64,000 nt of DNA from the NCBI GenBank assembly GCA_963693365.1, contig CAVNZM010000001.1:62001-126000 (forward strand), written 5' to 3'. Position numbers and translations under genes: made by a program. The notes below the pieces were generated by a model. It was not told where the DNA came from. It did no database searches and saw nothing but the letters and a program-made list of their open reading frames with translations. Positions 1 through 17,481 of the stretch are shown one piece after another. This DNA is from Amoebidium appalachense (lineage: Eukaryota; Protista; Ichthyosporea). Position 1 is the stretch's first letter; every line of letters starts with the position of its first letter.

Positions 1-2147
1 TGGTGCACAAAAGGCATGTAATAAAGTCGATGCAGAACTTTTGTTCATGCATGTGAAAAACAAAGAAGGTGTTGGGTACGAATTTTAAGGTGAATGCCCG
101 TCTGTGGCAATACTGTGTAACATACCAATTACACTGTCAAGCCTTGCACTAGCTGCCGGCACACCCCCACCAGAACAAAAGAATGTGGTATGGGCACCGT
201 TCCCTCACAACCCCAGCATACAGTGTCAGTATTTTGGCTGGAAGCCTTTCAGTTTCGAATTACGAATACCCTCCTTCACTACTGAAGAAAGTGACGTGGA
301 AGACGAATACGAATACGAATGCAAGGTGTTGTTGACTAACACATCGGACCATCATGTGTACCTACTAGGCCCTGGTACGGAGGTGACCATGTTATTCCCT
401 TGCAATATGATGACACTGTAACAATTTAGCACGTGCATACCCCACCAATGGGCACATGCGGGAGACAACCCCACAAGCTGCCTTATTGGGCACCTCTGCT
501 AAAACGAATATTCTTCTCACGAAGGAACAGAAGAATGCCACGAACACGAACCACACACCCCCCAGGCAGCTACTTACGTCTGATGTATGAAAGTAGTAGG
601 TGTGTGAATGGGGTAACTTCATGAACACCAACACGAAAGCAAGCACAGCACAAAGCAGTTCCACGAATACGAATGGTTTTGGTATTCCACACAACGAACA
701 GAACCTACAGTAGGGCCACCTACAAATGAAGCAGAGGATGGGGCACCATCCAGACCTGCACTGGAGGATATGAAGATACGAAGCGCGCTCACGAAGTTGC
801 TTACAAAAGAAAGGGCGACTGCGACGACTTTTCTTTTTAGGCCAAGCCTCCAGAAGAATGTATTATGCCTGGAATCCCCCTGCTCAACGAAAATGGCTGG
901 CAAATGGGATACGAAAACTGCTCACGAATGGAAGCATGTGTTTTCTGAAGGAGGCTTGCTTTGCCTACCCTCTTCTTATGAATTATGAACCGGGCTTTTA
1001 CTGGTTCTGACGGGTGATATATTTCTTTATGTCGCCCAACGAAGAACACTTGGGCATTTTTATTCTGTTTTTCCCAGCTCCGATGATGCAGGGTTAAAGC
1101 TGAAAGGAAAGAAGTGCTCTTTGTTCATGAAAGAAGTGGCTTTTCCGGCCATGGTGACTCGCCTTACAGTCTTAAGGTAGAACCGGGATAAGGAGCAGCG
1201 GCTAAGCCTTGAAGCTATCCACCACTACCTGAGCTACGAAGTGACCTAAGGCTCGAGTTATATTCATTATCGAATGTTTGGTATGATCATTCATCCACAC
1301 AACCAAATTACTCGCAATTGAAAACGAATCTGCGGGAGTATCCTAAAAAGGAAAAATTCCCAAAAAGGAAAATACTACTTCTACAGAAAAGCCAAGCACA
1401 GAGACGAAGGCTTAGCGAATTATTCGCACGCACACTCTGCAACAATCTTCGCCACGAAAATGAAATCACAGAAGAATGCTGCATGAATTTACGTTTTGGC
1501 AAATGAAGAAGTGCTCATAGACGTGCACAACTCTATTCCACCGTCCTTGCTCTGTTCTGTCCAGCAGCTCGGCACACACAAGAATTCTCGCTGAAGGTTG
1601 TTTATCGCCTCTCAGCCTGGTGGTTTGCTTGTCTAACGACACCACCAGGCTCCCGACAAGGGGGGAGTGTAAACAACTGTACACATGAACTGTACATGTT
1701 TACTAAAGAATGTGATCTACTAGCACACGATTCGTGCTTTGTCATGAATATCACATAAATATTATGTCCGCACCAATAGGACTCACTCTGACCTAAGAAT
1801 TGAACCATATATGGTTCTTCCGCTGCATACCACATAAACGAAGTGAACCAATAAGAGGTTTGCATAAATAGGACAAAGGTCTGACTGGCTCGGACCGCAC
1901 CAGAATCACGAATGGCATGTTGCCACCCGCGCTGGCCGCGGATGAACCAATCCTGGGCCTTGATCCGAAACCTGGGGGCTATATAAGAAAGCCGTCCCAG
2001 TACGGGGATCACATCAGTGAAGTCTGAGACAGACTGAGTCGGCCCATAGTAAAAGCAACCTGGCCGCGTGTGCCTTTCTACCCGTTCTCTGTCTTTATTT
2101 TGATTCAGTTGTACTCTGCCTTATCCTAACTAGTCCAACTGTTTACA
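1..2147 (+). mobile_element. Non-autonomous Ty3/gypsy-derived LTR element, copy 1 (5' part outside window); 3' LTR 1668-2147
   Basis: Near-identical to the internal region and LTR of the complete copy at 36393-39947. PPT AAGGGGGGAG precedes the LTR TGTAAACA...TGTTTACA (480 bp). Eroded RT remnant AGLKLKGKKCSLFMKEVAF near 1090-1150. Abuts Ngaro pol at 2148. Confidence 0.9.
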
Positions 2148-3631
2148 GCCCTTCCACCTCTCGGGTGGGCCCCAACCTACCCACCACCCCGGAGGCAGCT
2201 GCCGCTATCACGGTGGATATTGCCAAAGAAGTCGCCCTCGGCCACCTGCGCGGCCCCCTCTCCCCGGCCCAATTCTTTGCCGAATTTCCGGTCCACCGTT
2301 CCTCTCCCATCGGCGCCGTTACCAAGAAAGGGAACCCCCCCAAGTACCGTCGAATCCACCACCTCTCCTGGCCCTGGGGTAGCAGTGTCAATGACAGCAT
2401 CACCTACCCCGACGAACTTCAGTACATTCGCGCCCGGGATGTCACCCAACTCATTCTCGACGCAGGCCCCGGCTGCTACATGGCCGTGGCAGATGTACAG
2501 GCTGCCTTCCGGCACATGCCCATCCGACCGGAAGACCACCACTTACTGGCATTCAAATGGCAAGGGCATTTTTACGTTGAAACCAGACTGCCCTTCGGCC
2601 TGAAATCTAGCCCAGCCATCTGGGAACGGATCGCGTCCACCCTACAGTGGCTGGCACACCAGCACGGTATTACCCTCATCCGCCACTACGTAGACGACTG
2701 GATTATAGTCGCCCCCACACAAGAGCAGTGCCAACGTCACCTATCCACCTTCCTGCAACTCTGCCGAGAGCTGCACATTGCCATCTCCGAAGACAAGATG
2801 CAGGGCCCGGCTACCCGTGTCGTCTTCATCGGTATCGAATTCGACTCCATCGCCATGGAGGCACGGATCCCGGCTTCCAAGCTCTCGGCCCTACTCGACC
2901 TCACTTCCCACCCAAAGCCCACCATCACCATTCGGGACCTCCAGTCCCTCCTCGGCAAACTCACCTGGTGTGCCCAGCTGGTTCCCCCCGGGAGGGCCTT
3001 CTCTCAGCGCCTATGGGCCCTTCTCCGGACCCACCCGCACCTTGCCGGCCACCACCACATACGACTGACTGCTGCCGCCCGGGCCGACATAGCCGAATGG
3101 CACCAGTTCCTCACATCATGGAATGGGGTGCACCTCATCACACCCCCCACATACACCACCCTGGCCACTGATGCTGCCGGATCGGTGGGTCTAGGAGGCC
3201 ACTGGCTCGACCAATGGTTCTTCATGCCCTGGTCCCCCTCCACCCAAGCCCTCTTTGCTCATGAGGGTAAACTCGGTTCTTCCGTCATCGAACTCCTGGC
3301 CATCGCAGCCGCCGTGGCCCTCTGGGCCCCCTCCTGGTCCACCCACCATGTCCGTATTTTATGCGACAACACGGGTGCTGTGTCTGACCTGCACTCCCGG
3401 TCTTCCCCCCACCCCGTGATGGCCAAACTTATTCGGTTCATCACCCGCATGGAAATGCAATACCAATTTACGTTACAGGCATCCTACCTACCAGGACCCC
3501 TCAACCATCTGGCCGATGCCATTTCTCGTAACCAACTTCCCCGGGCCCGACGACTCCGACCTTCCCTGCAACCGGAGCCCTGCACCTTCCCCTCCTGGGT
3601 CCACGAGTTCCTATCCCTTCCCTTGGGCTAA
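2148..3631 (+). CDS. pol: Reverse transcriptase / RNase H of DIRS/Ngaro type (5' end displaced by the LTR insertion)
   Basis: Motifs YRRIHHLS, DVQAAFRHMPI, LPFGLKSSP, YVDD; RNase H TDAAG, ELLAI, CDN, NHLADAISR. The 'M' in the ORF track is a GTG. Confidence 0.93.
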
Positions 3632-3656
3632 CCCCCCCCCCCCCCCCCCCCCCCAG

Positions 3657-4717
3657 ATCTCCCGTTCCGGAGCAACACTGGCAGATTGGCCCCCCACTTT
3701 GCTCCGGCCGAGCTGCTTCGAGCCACCACTACCCTGCAGGAATGCCAGGCCCTGAGTCTCAACCTCGACTCTCGGGCCTTTTACTCCCGGGTGCAAAAAG
3801 TGTTCATCGATTTCTGTGTGGCATCTCGGCTGCAATCCTCCTCCGGGTCCTCCCTCCCGGCCTCCCCACACACCGTGCAACTTTTTCTCGCCTGGTGTGC
3901 CCAACGAGGGGTACAGGCCTCTTCCTTAACCGGCTACAATTCGGCCATCACCAGGCTCCACCTCGACATGGGCCTCCCTGCTCCCTACCCCCACGACAAG
4001 TCCCTGGCCTGGTTCCTACGGGGGGTGGGCCGATGGCAGCTTTCTCACAACATCCGACCCCGCTCATCTACCAGGGAACCCCTCCTCCCCTCCCACCTCC
4101 GCCTACTCCAGGGCCAGTGCCCCACCACGGCCTCCTCGGCCAATCTCCGGCTATGGACGGCCCTCATCGTCGGTTTCTGTGGTCTCCTCCGTTCAGGGGA
4201 ATTTACCTCCAAAACCCTGACTTCTTTCGACCCGTCCCGTCACGCTAAACGGAAGGACGTGACCTTCAGCTACACCCCCACCGGTACTTTGTCCCATGCC
4301 ACCCTCCACCTGCCAACCTCTAAGACGGATGTACAGGCCCGAGGTGTCAACGTCACCCTAGCTGCCCTGCCCCTCACCCACTTCTCCCCAGCCCATCTCC
4401 TCCGGCAGTTCCTGGATACAACGTCCGGTCAACCCGACGACCCCCTCTTCAGTCTCGGTGGCATCCCCTACACCAAGAGTGCTTTCTCTGCCGATTTCCG
4501 TGCCCTCCTCTCCCGGGCAGGCCTCTCACCCTCCCGGTTTGCCGGACACAGCCTCCGCATCGGGGGGGCCACAGCACTGGCTGAGGCCGGGGTCGACGAC
4601 TCCCGGATCAAACAACTCGGCAGGTGGTCCTCCGACTGCTTCCTGATCTATACCCGACTTCGTCCGGCCTCCATTGCTGCCACCACCACACGTGTATTCG
4701 CCTCTCTTCTTAAGTGA
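3657..4717 (+). CDS. Tyrosine recombinase (phage-integrase family), intact catalytic set; probably a spliced second exon
   Basis: Catalytic R (GLLRSGE), K (SKTD), HxxR (GHSLRIGGAT), GRWSS...Y. No ATG near the start; preceded by CTAAC-(C)n-CAG ending at 3656. Confidence 0.92.
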
Positions 4718-4903
4718 AACCTTTGGAGCAAGCATACTGCTCTCGTGCCGTGGTTTACAACCATTGCAGGTTCACTTTCGTCCAAGGGGATGTCCCCCTA
4801 GAGGCAACACACGTCCCGGAGTAGTTTTCATAGAGGTTTTATTTGTGGAAATTATTGACATAAATATTTTTCTGGGTAAACACGTAGGATGGGTGTTCGA
4901 TAC

Positions 4904-7253
4904 AGGACATAAGGTGCTGTGAAAGTAGTTTTGCATGCATGCTTCGAATTTCTTGCTGTTTTCGAATACAGCATGCCCCATAGTTTAGCGCACAGGATGC
5001 ACAACATGCGCATGAATGTATGCTGGCATGCCTAAACACATTACGAACATATGCCTCATGTATGGCGGCCCTTCCTGGTGCCACGCCCTAACGAATTTGC
5101 ACTCTTGGTGCACAAAAGGCATGTAATAAAGTCGATGCAGAACTTTTGTTCATGCATGTGAATAACAAAGAAGGTGTTGGGTACGAATTTTAAGGTGATT
5201 GCCCGTCTGTGGCAATACTGTGTAACATACCAATTACACTGTCAAGCCTTGCACTAGCTGCCGGCACACCCCCACCAGAACAAAAGAATGTGGTATGGGC
5301 ACCGCTCCCTCACAACCCCATCATACAGTGTCAGTATTTTGGCTGGAAGCCTTTCAGTTTCGAATTACGAATACCCTCCTTCACTACTGAAGAAAGTGAC
5401 GTGGAAGACGAATACGAATACGAATGCAAGGTGTTGTTGACTAACACATCGGACCATCATGTGTACCTAGGCCCTGGTACGGAGGTGACCATGTTATTCC
5501 CTTGCAATATGATGATACTGTAACAATTTAGCACGTGCATACCCCACCAATGGGCACATGCGGGAGACAACCCCACAAGCTACCTTATTGGGCACCTCTG
5601 CTAAAACGAATATTCTTCTCACGAAGGAACAGAAGAATGCCACGAACACGAACCACACACTCACCAGGCAGCTACTTACATCTAATGTATGTAAGAAGTA
5701 GGGTGTGTGAACGGGGTAACTTCATGAACACCAACACGAAAGCAAGCACAGCACAAAGCAGTTCCACGAATACGAATGGTTTTGGTATTCCACATAACGA
5801 ACAGAACCTACAGTAGGGCCACCTACAAATGAAGCAGAGGATGGGGCACCATCCAGACCTGCACTGGAGGATATGAAAACACGAAGCGCGCTCACGAAGT
5901 TGCTTACAAAAGAAAGGGCGACTGTGACGACTTTTCTTTTTAGGCCAAGCCTCCAGAAGAATGTATTATGCCTGGAATCCCCCTGCTCAACGAAAATGGC
6001 TGGCAAATGGGATACGAAAACTGCTCACGAATGGAAGCATGTGTTTTCTGAAGAAGGTTTGCTTTGCCTACCCTCTTCTTATGAATTATGAACCGGGTTT
6101 TTACTGGTTCGAATTCTGACGGGCTGATATATTTCTTTATGCCGCCCAACGAAGAACACTTAGGGCATTTTTATTCATGTTATTCCCGGCTTCGATGATG
6201 CAGGGTTAAAGCTGAAAGGAAAGAAGTGCTCTTTGTTCATGAAAGAAGTGGCTTTTCCGGCCATGGTGACTCGCCTTACAGTCTTAAGGTAGAACCGGGA
6301 TAAGGAGCAGCGGCTAAGCCTTGAAGCTATCCACCACTACCTGAGCTACGAAGTGACCTAAGGCTTGAGTTATATTCATTATCGAATGTTTGGTATGATC
6401 ATTCATCCACACAACCAAATTACTTGCAATTGAAAACGAATCTGCGGGAGTATCCTAAAAAGGAAAAATTCCCAAAAAGGAAAATATTACTTCTACAGAA
6501 AAAGCCAAGCACAGAGACGAAGCGAACAATTCGCACGCACACTCTGCAACAATCTTCGCCACGAAAATGAAAGCACAGAAGAATGCTGCATGAATTTACG
6601 TTTTGGCAAACGAAGAAGTGCTCATAGACGTGCACAACTCTATTCAACCATCCTTGCTCTGTTCTGCCCAGCAGCTCGGCGCACAAGAATTCTCGCTGAA
6701 GGTTGTTTATCGCCTCTCAGCCTGGTGGTTTGCTTGTCTAACGACACCACCAGGCTCCCGACAAGGGGGGGAGTGTAAACAACTGTACACATGAACTGTC
6801 CATGTTTACTAAAGAATGTGATCTACTAGCACACGATTCGTGCTTTGTCATGAATATCACATAAATATTATGTCCGCACCAATAGGACTCACTCTGACCT
6901 AAGAATTGAACCATATATGGTTCTTCCGCTGCATACCACATAAACGAAGTGAACCAATAAGAGGTTTGCATAAATAGGACAAAGGTCTGACTGGCTCGGA
7001 CCGCACCAGAATCACGAATGGCATGTTGCCACCCGCGCTGGCCGCGGATGAACCAATCCTGGGCCTTGATCCGAAACCTGGGGGCTATATAAGAAAGCCG
7101 TCCCAGTACGGGGATCACATCAGTGAAGTCTGAGACAGACTGAGTCGGCCCATAGTAAAAGCAACCTGGCCGCGTGTGCCTTTCTACCCGTTCTCTGTCT
7201 TTATTTTGATTCAGTTGTACTCTGCCTTATCCTAACTAGTCCAACTGTTTACA
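4904..7253 (+). mobile_element. Gypsy-derived non-autonomous LTR element, copy 2 (5'-truncated); 3' LTR 6774-7253
   Basis: Matches 37600-39947; PPT plus 480-bp LTR; abuts the 3' end of the P-type transposase ORF. Confidence 0.9.
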
Positions 7254-8223
7254 CTGCCCCCGCGGCGGCCTCGCTCGCCGCCAAAGCGGCCGCCTGCACT
7301 GTTTTGGCTTTCCGGTTTGCTTTGTTGGGTGCTTTCTTCGCTTGTTCCTTGCGTTGACGCACATACGCGCTCAGGTGGCAGTTGGTTGCAACGGGTATCA
7401 GTCGTTCCACTAGTGCTCTCTTTTGCGTGCCGCACACCCCACACTCGTCCATAAGTGCCTTATCGGTATTGTACCTTTTGACTGCATGTTCGCTGAGTAG
7501 CACAGCCACCGTTCTATGGCTGCCCCCCGGAAGGTACGTGTTGACCAGTGGCTTTAGCAGTGCCTCCACCACACAGTAGACCAATGTGACAATGCTCACT
7601 GCTGGTGGTGAAGGGAAAGTCAGGCCCCCCCGATTGGCGGCGCGGATGAGTCGGTAGTGATCGTCTATGGCTCTTCCGGCCGTAGTGGTGGCTGTTTCGG
7701 TAGCTGTGGTGCTTGTTTCAGTGGGTGTGTTGGTGTTTTTGTTGGGTGTGGTGATTTCGAGATGTGCACGACATGTGTTGCAGGCTCCAACACCGCGCAC
7801 GTGATGCGCGTGCACACAGAACCCTGCCCGGTAGGTTAGCACCTCTGGCTTTCTGATGTCTTCGCTGATTTTATAGAGGTGGCCCCAGATGGTGTTGTTG
7901 TAGAGTGGGAGAATGGTCTCGATGGTGATCGTTTTGCGTTTGCTGTTGAGCGCTGTGTTCATGTTGTCGAACAGCTGTGTTACACTTGTGCCCGTCTGCA
8001 CTGCCAGCTTTGCCAGCTTCTGCACCCGTATCCTTTTGACGGCCTGGAGAGTCTGTTCATAGAGGTGAGTTTATTGTGTGATTTGTGTATATATAGATGG
8101 CACGTGGCTATAAAAGTTTAATATGACACACTATGGCGCGGGCGCGCAAGCAGTGTATCATAGCATATCTTCGTGTGTACACAAGCATGGTTTAGGTATA
8201 TCTGCATGGGGTTGTGTATGTAT

Positions 8224-8292
<69 letters not shown>

Positions 8293-8791
8293 TATGGTGT
8301 GTGTGTGTGTGTGTGTGTGGTGTTTGGTGTATGTGTGTCTGTCTGTCTGTGTGTCTGTGTGTGTGTGTGTGTGTGTGCGTGTACGTGTGTGCATTTTTGT
8401 GGTTTGAGTTCAACAGCCCCCCCCCCCCCCTCCCCCCCCACCCCCTAATTTTATTTTTCGTTCAGTTTTCTTTGCACCCTTTCTTTTCACCACACTCCTT
8501 TTATCCTGATACCCCCCCTCCCCCTCCCCCTCCTCCTCCAACCCCTTCTTCCGTCCCTGCCTCTCTCGCTATCCCCCCCCCCCCCTCCCCTTTTTTTTTC
8601 TCCTGATTATTTTATTCCCCGGGGCCACCATGTCATGACACCACTATCCCATTATTAAGGTGAATCACCAAATCATCCTATATCTGTTCTGTCTCTGTTC
8701 TTTGTAATGCTGTATGAATCGTGTGTGTGTGATGTATCTCTTGTGTTTCATTGTTGCAGGCAGTGGGTGGGTGGCTGAGTAGGGTAGGTGT

Positions 8792-8822
<31 letters not shown>

Positions 8823-9133
8823 GGGGGGGGGGCGGGGGATCCAGGAGGGGAGGTACCCACCTGTGCTGTCCCAACGTTGTAGTTCCCACCGCTGTACTGT
8901 CGGATTGTGCCAAAGGCACCCTCAAGGGGGTCGGTTTGAAACTTTCTGGTGAGCACAAAGTTGAGCTTCTCGCCGCTCACGCCGCTGTCCAGGAGATAGC
9001 GGATGAGACTGGCCTGCAAATTAAAAGTCAGCAAAATCTGTGTGGCACCACATTTGACTACGCTTGGCATGTGAAAAACCATATGGAAAAGCCCCCCCCC
9101 CCCCCCCCCCCCCCCTCCCCACCCACCCATCCC

Positions 9134-9199
<66 letters not shown>

Positions 9200-9288
9200 C
9201 ACACAAACACACTGATGCGGCGCGCACACACACCCGTGTCACACACACACACACACACACACACAGTGTCACACACAGACACACACAA

Positions 9289-9324
<36 letters not shown>

Positions 9325-11715
9325 TTCATGCCGGTCGACTCCTCATGTGACCTTGTGTGTTGGGGGGGTGAGGGGGTGAGGGGGCGAGGGCATGAGGACA
9401 GGACATTGGTGGGGATTTTGAGGGGGGGGGGGGGGGGGGGGTACCATTGTCTTGCTCGTAAACGCCAGCGACCACTGTGTTTCCTCCGTAAAACCCCCCT
9501 CGCCAGTAGGCATGCTCACCACCCACTCAGCGAATTTCTCCAGCCAAATCAGCCGCTGGTCACTGCTGCTGGTGAATGCAGCACACCATGGGTCCAATTT
9601 GCGCGCCGCATATGTGGTGGTACCGATGTTCATAAGCTTCCACCACCGTGCGATTTGTTTTAGGAAGTTTGCGGTGAACTTAAACAGGGGTTCATCAACC
9701 ACGTGGTTGTTGAGCGCAGCAATGGTGGACTCGTGGAACACAGCCAAAGCTGGCCCCACCTTCTGCTTGTCGAAGTTGTTGGGCCAGAGAACGGTGGGTG
9801 TGAGTTTGAAGGCCTCCTTGAGTGCCTCCTCTCCCGGGCAGGCCTCTCACCCTCCCGGTTTGCCGGCCACAGCCTCCGCATAGGGGGGGCCACAGCACTG
9901 GCTGAGGCCGGGGTCGACGACTCCCGGATCAAACAACTCGGCAGGTGGTCCTCCGACTGTTTCCTGATCTATACCCGACTTCGTCCGGCCTCCATTGCTG
10001 CCACTACCACACGTGTATTCGCCTCTATTCTTAAGTGAAACCTTTGGAGCAAGCATACTGCTCTCGTGCCGTGGTTTACAACCATTGCAGGTTCACTTTC
10101 GTCCAAGGGGATGTCCCCCTAGAGGCAACACACGTCCCGGAGTAGTTTTCATAGAGGTTTTATTTGTGGAAATTATTGACATAAATATTTTTCTGGGTAA
10201 ACACGTAGGATGGGTGTCCGATATCAACAGGCTTCGTTTCATGTTTTAGCAGTTCGCGTTCGGCTGCCCGCATACGGGCACCTATTAGCCGATCAAAACA
10301 TCAGATTCCACAGATCACTAGACCGAGTTTGATTGGCTCAGGATCAGATTTCACATAACACTAGATCGATTTTGATTGGCTCAGTTCGGTAGCCTTAGGT
10401 ATATAAGCACGACAGTTTTTAGCAGATCAGCAAGCAACAAACACATCTTCTGTGTTTAGCACCTACAGCTTTACAGCTATATTTTCTTTTTCACCCACCC
10501 ACCTACACCCTACACTCAACCCCCATTGATCCCCACATACGTGCTGTTTTTTCACGGGGCGAAGACTTCCCCTTTTTTTGGGCACAAGGACCTCACGGAT
10601 CAATAAAATGATGACTGGGGGCTTGCCGTGGTTTACAACCATTGCAGGTTCACTTTCGTCCAAGGGGATGTCCCCCTAGAGGCAACACACGTCCCGGAGT
10701 AGTTTTCATAGAATAGTCGTGTTGTGACAGCCCGGTTGCCCTATAATAATGCTGACCCCTACAGTCTTCCTCTCGAGGCACCGGCAGAGGATCAGCATTA
10801 TCTTGGTCAAACACCAACAAGGGAGGAGAGAGGGAAGGGTGTGTGGACAAAGGCTCGATGCACCGAGTAAGATCGTTCCATGTGTCCAGTGTGCCTGTCG
10901 CCTGACAATGCTCTGTCGCCACCCACGTTATGTTGCCTACTGCTAGAGTCAGGTAATTGGAAGGAAGCACGGTTGGGGTGTGGGAGTAAACTGTTGAACG
11001 AAAAGTCGAGTCACTATTGATCATTACTGACGCTCGCATGGTAACGCTGAATGATGGTTTGCATAGAAGCATGCCTGGAAGCCAGAAAACCACCGATTTC
11101 CCCTCGCCTATTTCCGTTCCGACGCTTTGAACCCTCCAGCCGGCGTGCCGCTCCGCTATTTCCAGGGCACGGACAACAAGCTGGCCGAACACGAACATCT
11201 CCTTCTGGCGCTTCCTCGCTACTGCCCCTTCCTCTTGCCTTGTCCGAACCTTCTCCATCTTTGCGGCTCTCTCTTCCGGGTCCGTACGAGGAGGCGCGGA
11301 AGGGGCGCTCAGGTAACTGGGGCAGTTGGGAAAAATGCTCGGGACGGCGCCTGGCCTAGGCCACGTTTTGCCACCTTTTTTTAAGGTTGCCTTGGGCGGG
11401 AAAGTGACGGCAGCAGACCCGCGCAACACCGTGCGGGTCGAAGTTCTCAGGCCACTGCCTCGGCACAGCACGTAGCCACGCACTGAGAAGGTTCCGTGTT
11501 TCTTTGCGTAGCGTCTCGCTTTTAATGCGCCCGTCGTTTGGGTTGGGGAATTTGTAAACGAAAACCTTGTTTTGGTCGTCGTAGTTGCCTCTGCAGCCTG
11601 GAACACTGCATATGTTACCGATTTTGTTGCTACGCAGACTGTTACTCCTCTTCTTATCCATCCCAGGCTCGGGAGGAGCAGCTCCCTTCATAAGGCCAGT
11701 CCCGCCGTCAGCCAT
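7254..11715 (-). pseudogene. THAP-domain P-element/THAP9-like transposase, disrupted. Segments 11715-10713 (frameshift ~11395), 9821-9445, 9013-8861, 8052-7254
   Basis: THAP C2CH finger (CSVPGC...FP...WLRAV...VCCRHF...AVPSIF). GTP-binding-region-like KLTPTVLWPNNFDKQKV. Catalytic-E motif TRKFQTDPLEGAFGTIRQYSGGN. C-terminal YRAGF..CxxC..RGGLTFPS. Two phase-0 GT-AG introns join the frames. Middle replaced by an Ngaro fragment; 3' end hit by a gypsy LTR. Confidence 0.88.
9822..10712 (+). mobile_element. Ngaro copy 2: YR 3' end, B1, A2, spacer, B2
   Basis: GHSLRIGGAT...Y YR terminus and a complete 3' split-repeat end (…GTAGTTTTCATAGA). Confidence 0.9.
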
Positions 11716-12279
11716 GTTACCGATGTCTCCGTCTTTGAACCAAAAAATGCGAGACGTAAACGAAAAACAACAACATACATGTTCTGTGCCGACATCTCGT
11801 TTTAGGGCCGGAATCCAGTGGATCGAAATACCACGAGCACAATGGAATGCGATTTTATGACGTAGTGTATGCAGGCCGTCTCTTTTTCAGAGGGCCGTGG
11901 TTCCGTTCCCACTTTCCTGATATCTGTTGTCGACGATGTAGGCACCGGTGTAATCCTGATCTGGCACTAGTGTATTCTGGCTAGCAGCTTCTTCTTCTAC
12001 ATTGTCCTGATTCCGTGGAGGCTTGAACCGGGCTGAGCGCACCGTACCCTGCCTGCCCCGACTGCTAGTTTTCCAAGGCGCCCGTCTGCTATAGCCAATT
12101 CCGCCACTTCTTCTCCATTGTCTCGACCTGACGGATTTATCTTCCACATCGTCCGAATCGTCAGCCCGTTCTGTCATCATGGCATATTTCTCAATTACTC
12201 ATCCTGTGTTCACTGGGTCGAATTGGCCCACTTTTGCCTGGGAGTTTATGCTGTTCGCTGTCCCCTGCTGTTCGCTTCC

Positions 12280-15930
<3,651 letters not shown>

Positions 15931-16073
15931 GGTTTTATTTGTGGAAATTATTGACATAAATATTTTTCTGGGTAAACACGTAGGATGGGTGTTCGATACC
16001 AACATAACCATGTAGGCTTCATTTTTCGTGTTTTAGCAGTTAGCGGTTGGCTGCCCGCACACGGGCACCAATT

Positions 16074-16193
16074 AGCCAATCAAAACATCAGATACCACAG
16101 ATCACTAGACCGAGTTATGATTGGCTCGGATCAGATTTCACATATCACTAGATCGATTTTGATTGGCTCAGATCGGTAGGCTTAGGTATATAA
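16074..16193 (+). promoter_or_regulatory. Putative Pol II promoter inside the Ngaro A repeat (CCAAT/ATTGG boxes plus TATATAA at 16187)
   Basis: GCCAATC, two GATTGGCT and TATATAAG about 120 bp upstream of the gag ATG. The ATTGG boxes and TATA recur in the other full-length A copies. Confidence 0.55.
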
Positions 16194-16310
16194 GCACGAC
16201 AGTTTTTAGCAGATCAGCAAGCTACAAACACATCTTCTGTGTTTAGCATCCACAGCCTTACAGCTATATATTCCTTTTCACTCTCCCTATCTTTCCCTAC
16301 GCCGGTCAGC

Positions 16311-17481
16311 ATGCCGCCGAAAAAGCGCCAGGCCGCAGCCGCCGCCCCTGCCGCGGCACCTAAGTGCCTGACCCGCAGCGACCTCCGCCACAGGCTGACC
16401 AACGCTCCCGCGGACACTGACGCGCCTCCAGCGGCCCATACCACCACGGACCCGGACCGGCCGGCTACTCTCCCCTCCACTCCTGAAGTCCCCCCTCAGG
16501 CCCCGCCGTCCCCGCAGATGACTTCTCAAGACGCCGTCCTTGCCGCCCTCACCGCCATCAGCACCCAGATGGCTGGCGTCCTGGCTGCTCTCACCAACCG
16601 CGACGCTCCCGCGCTCCCCGCCGCGCCCTCCACACCCGGGGAGGTTTCCCCGGGGCTGCATCTCGGCCCTGACCTAGACCTACCTGCCCTGCCCGCGCCC
16701 CCCATCACAGGTGAGAACACTGGCGACATTCAGCCGGGCACACTCCCGCTTCCCCCCGCGGATGTGCTGGCAGATTTGCGCGCCAATCGTTTCGTCGACC
16801 TGTATAAGTTCACCCCCGCCGCCCTCCTGGCCCCATCCAAGAAAGGTCAGCATCTGCGCATGGCCGACGACGACAGCATCGAGACTTTTCGCCAAGACAA
16901 ACCCGTTCCCCTGCTTTCACTCGTCATTTGGATCCAAGCTTGGACCCATTACATGGCCGCCAAGCACCACCTCGGCCTCCCCACGGACAGAGACGTACTT
17001 TGGACTCAGCACATCACTCGCCTCAGCACCCGATACCCGTGGGCCCAGATCCACAACTATGACGTATACGCCCGCACCGTTGCCCATCAGCAGGGTCGGG
17101 TTCCGATCGAATGTCCCAACCTGCTTGCCCAACTCCACCAGGATCTCATCCTGCCACCCACTCTGCTCATCCCGGACGCATGTCAGCGCTGTGGCTTCCC
17201 CGACCACCCTAGCGCGGCCTGCCCCATGTACCCCAAGCCCGGATGTGGTCTTGACGGCTTTAAGCCGCCCCACAAGCCCGACGGGGGTCAAACCCCTAAC
17301 CGCCCTGGCCCCGCAACCCGGCCCGGCAAAACCGGCCCGACCCGTGGATCTACCCGCGACGCACTGCAGGAATTTCCACATTAACGGTCGGTCCTGCGCT
17401 AAGCAGCCCTGCCCCTTCTCCCACGTGTGCCCGCTCTGCTCTGGCACACCCCCCCGCAAAGACTGCAAGCACAATGCCTAG
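16311..17481 (+). CDS. gag: Ngaro Gag-like ORF1 (one frameshift ~17312)
   Basis: ATG CCG CCG AAA AAG (MPPKKR). CQRCGFPDHPSAAC knuckle and CRNFH..C...C...H / CPLC...C fingers. The homologous copy at 46074-47065 shows the reading frame across the break. Confidence 0.85.

Larger units (their letters stand above)
2148..4903 (+). mobile_element. Ngaro-type YR retrotransposon, copy 1 (3' part: pol, YR, B1, truncated A2)
   Basis: RT/RH and YR ORFs followed by the B repeat (~4746-4834) and the start of the A repeat. Cut at 4903, where it joins gypsy internal sequence. Confidence 0.92.

Noticed and set aside
1602-2012. Recurrent 'MIPVLGRL...' ORF (also 6738, 22048, 25792, 36351, 39432)
   Set aside because: Antisense GTG-start ORF inside the gypsy LTR; its recurrence just reflects LTR copies.
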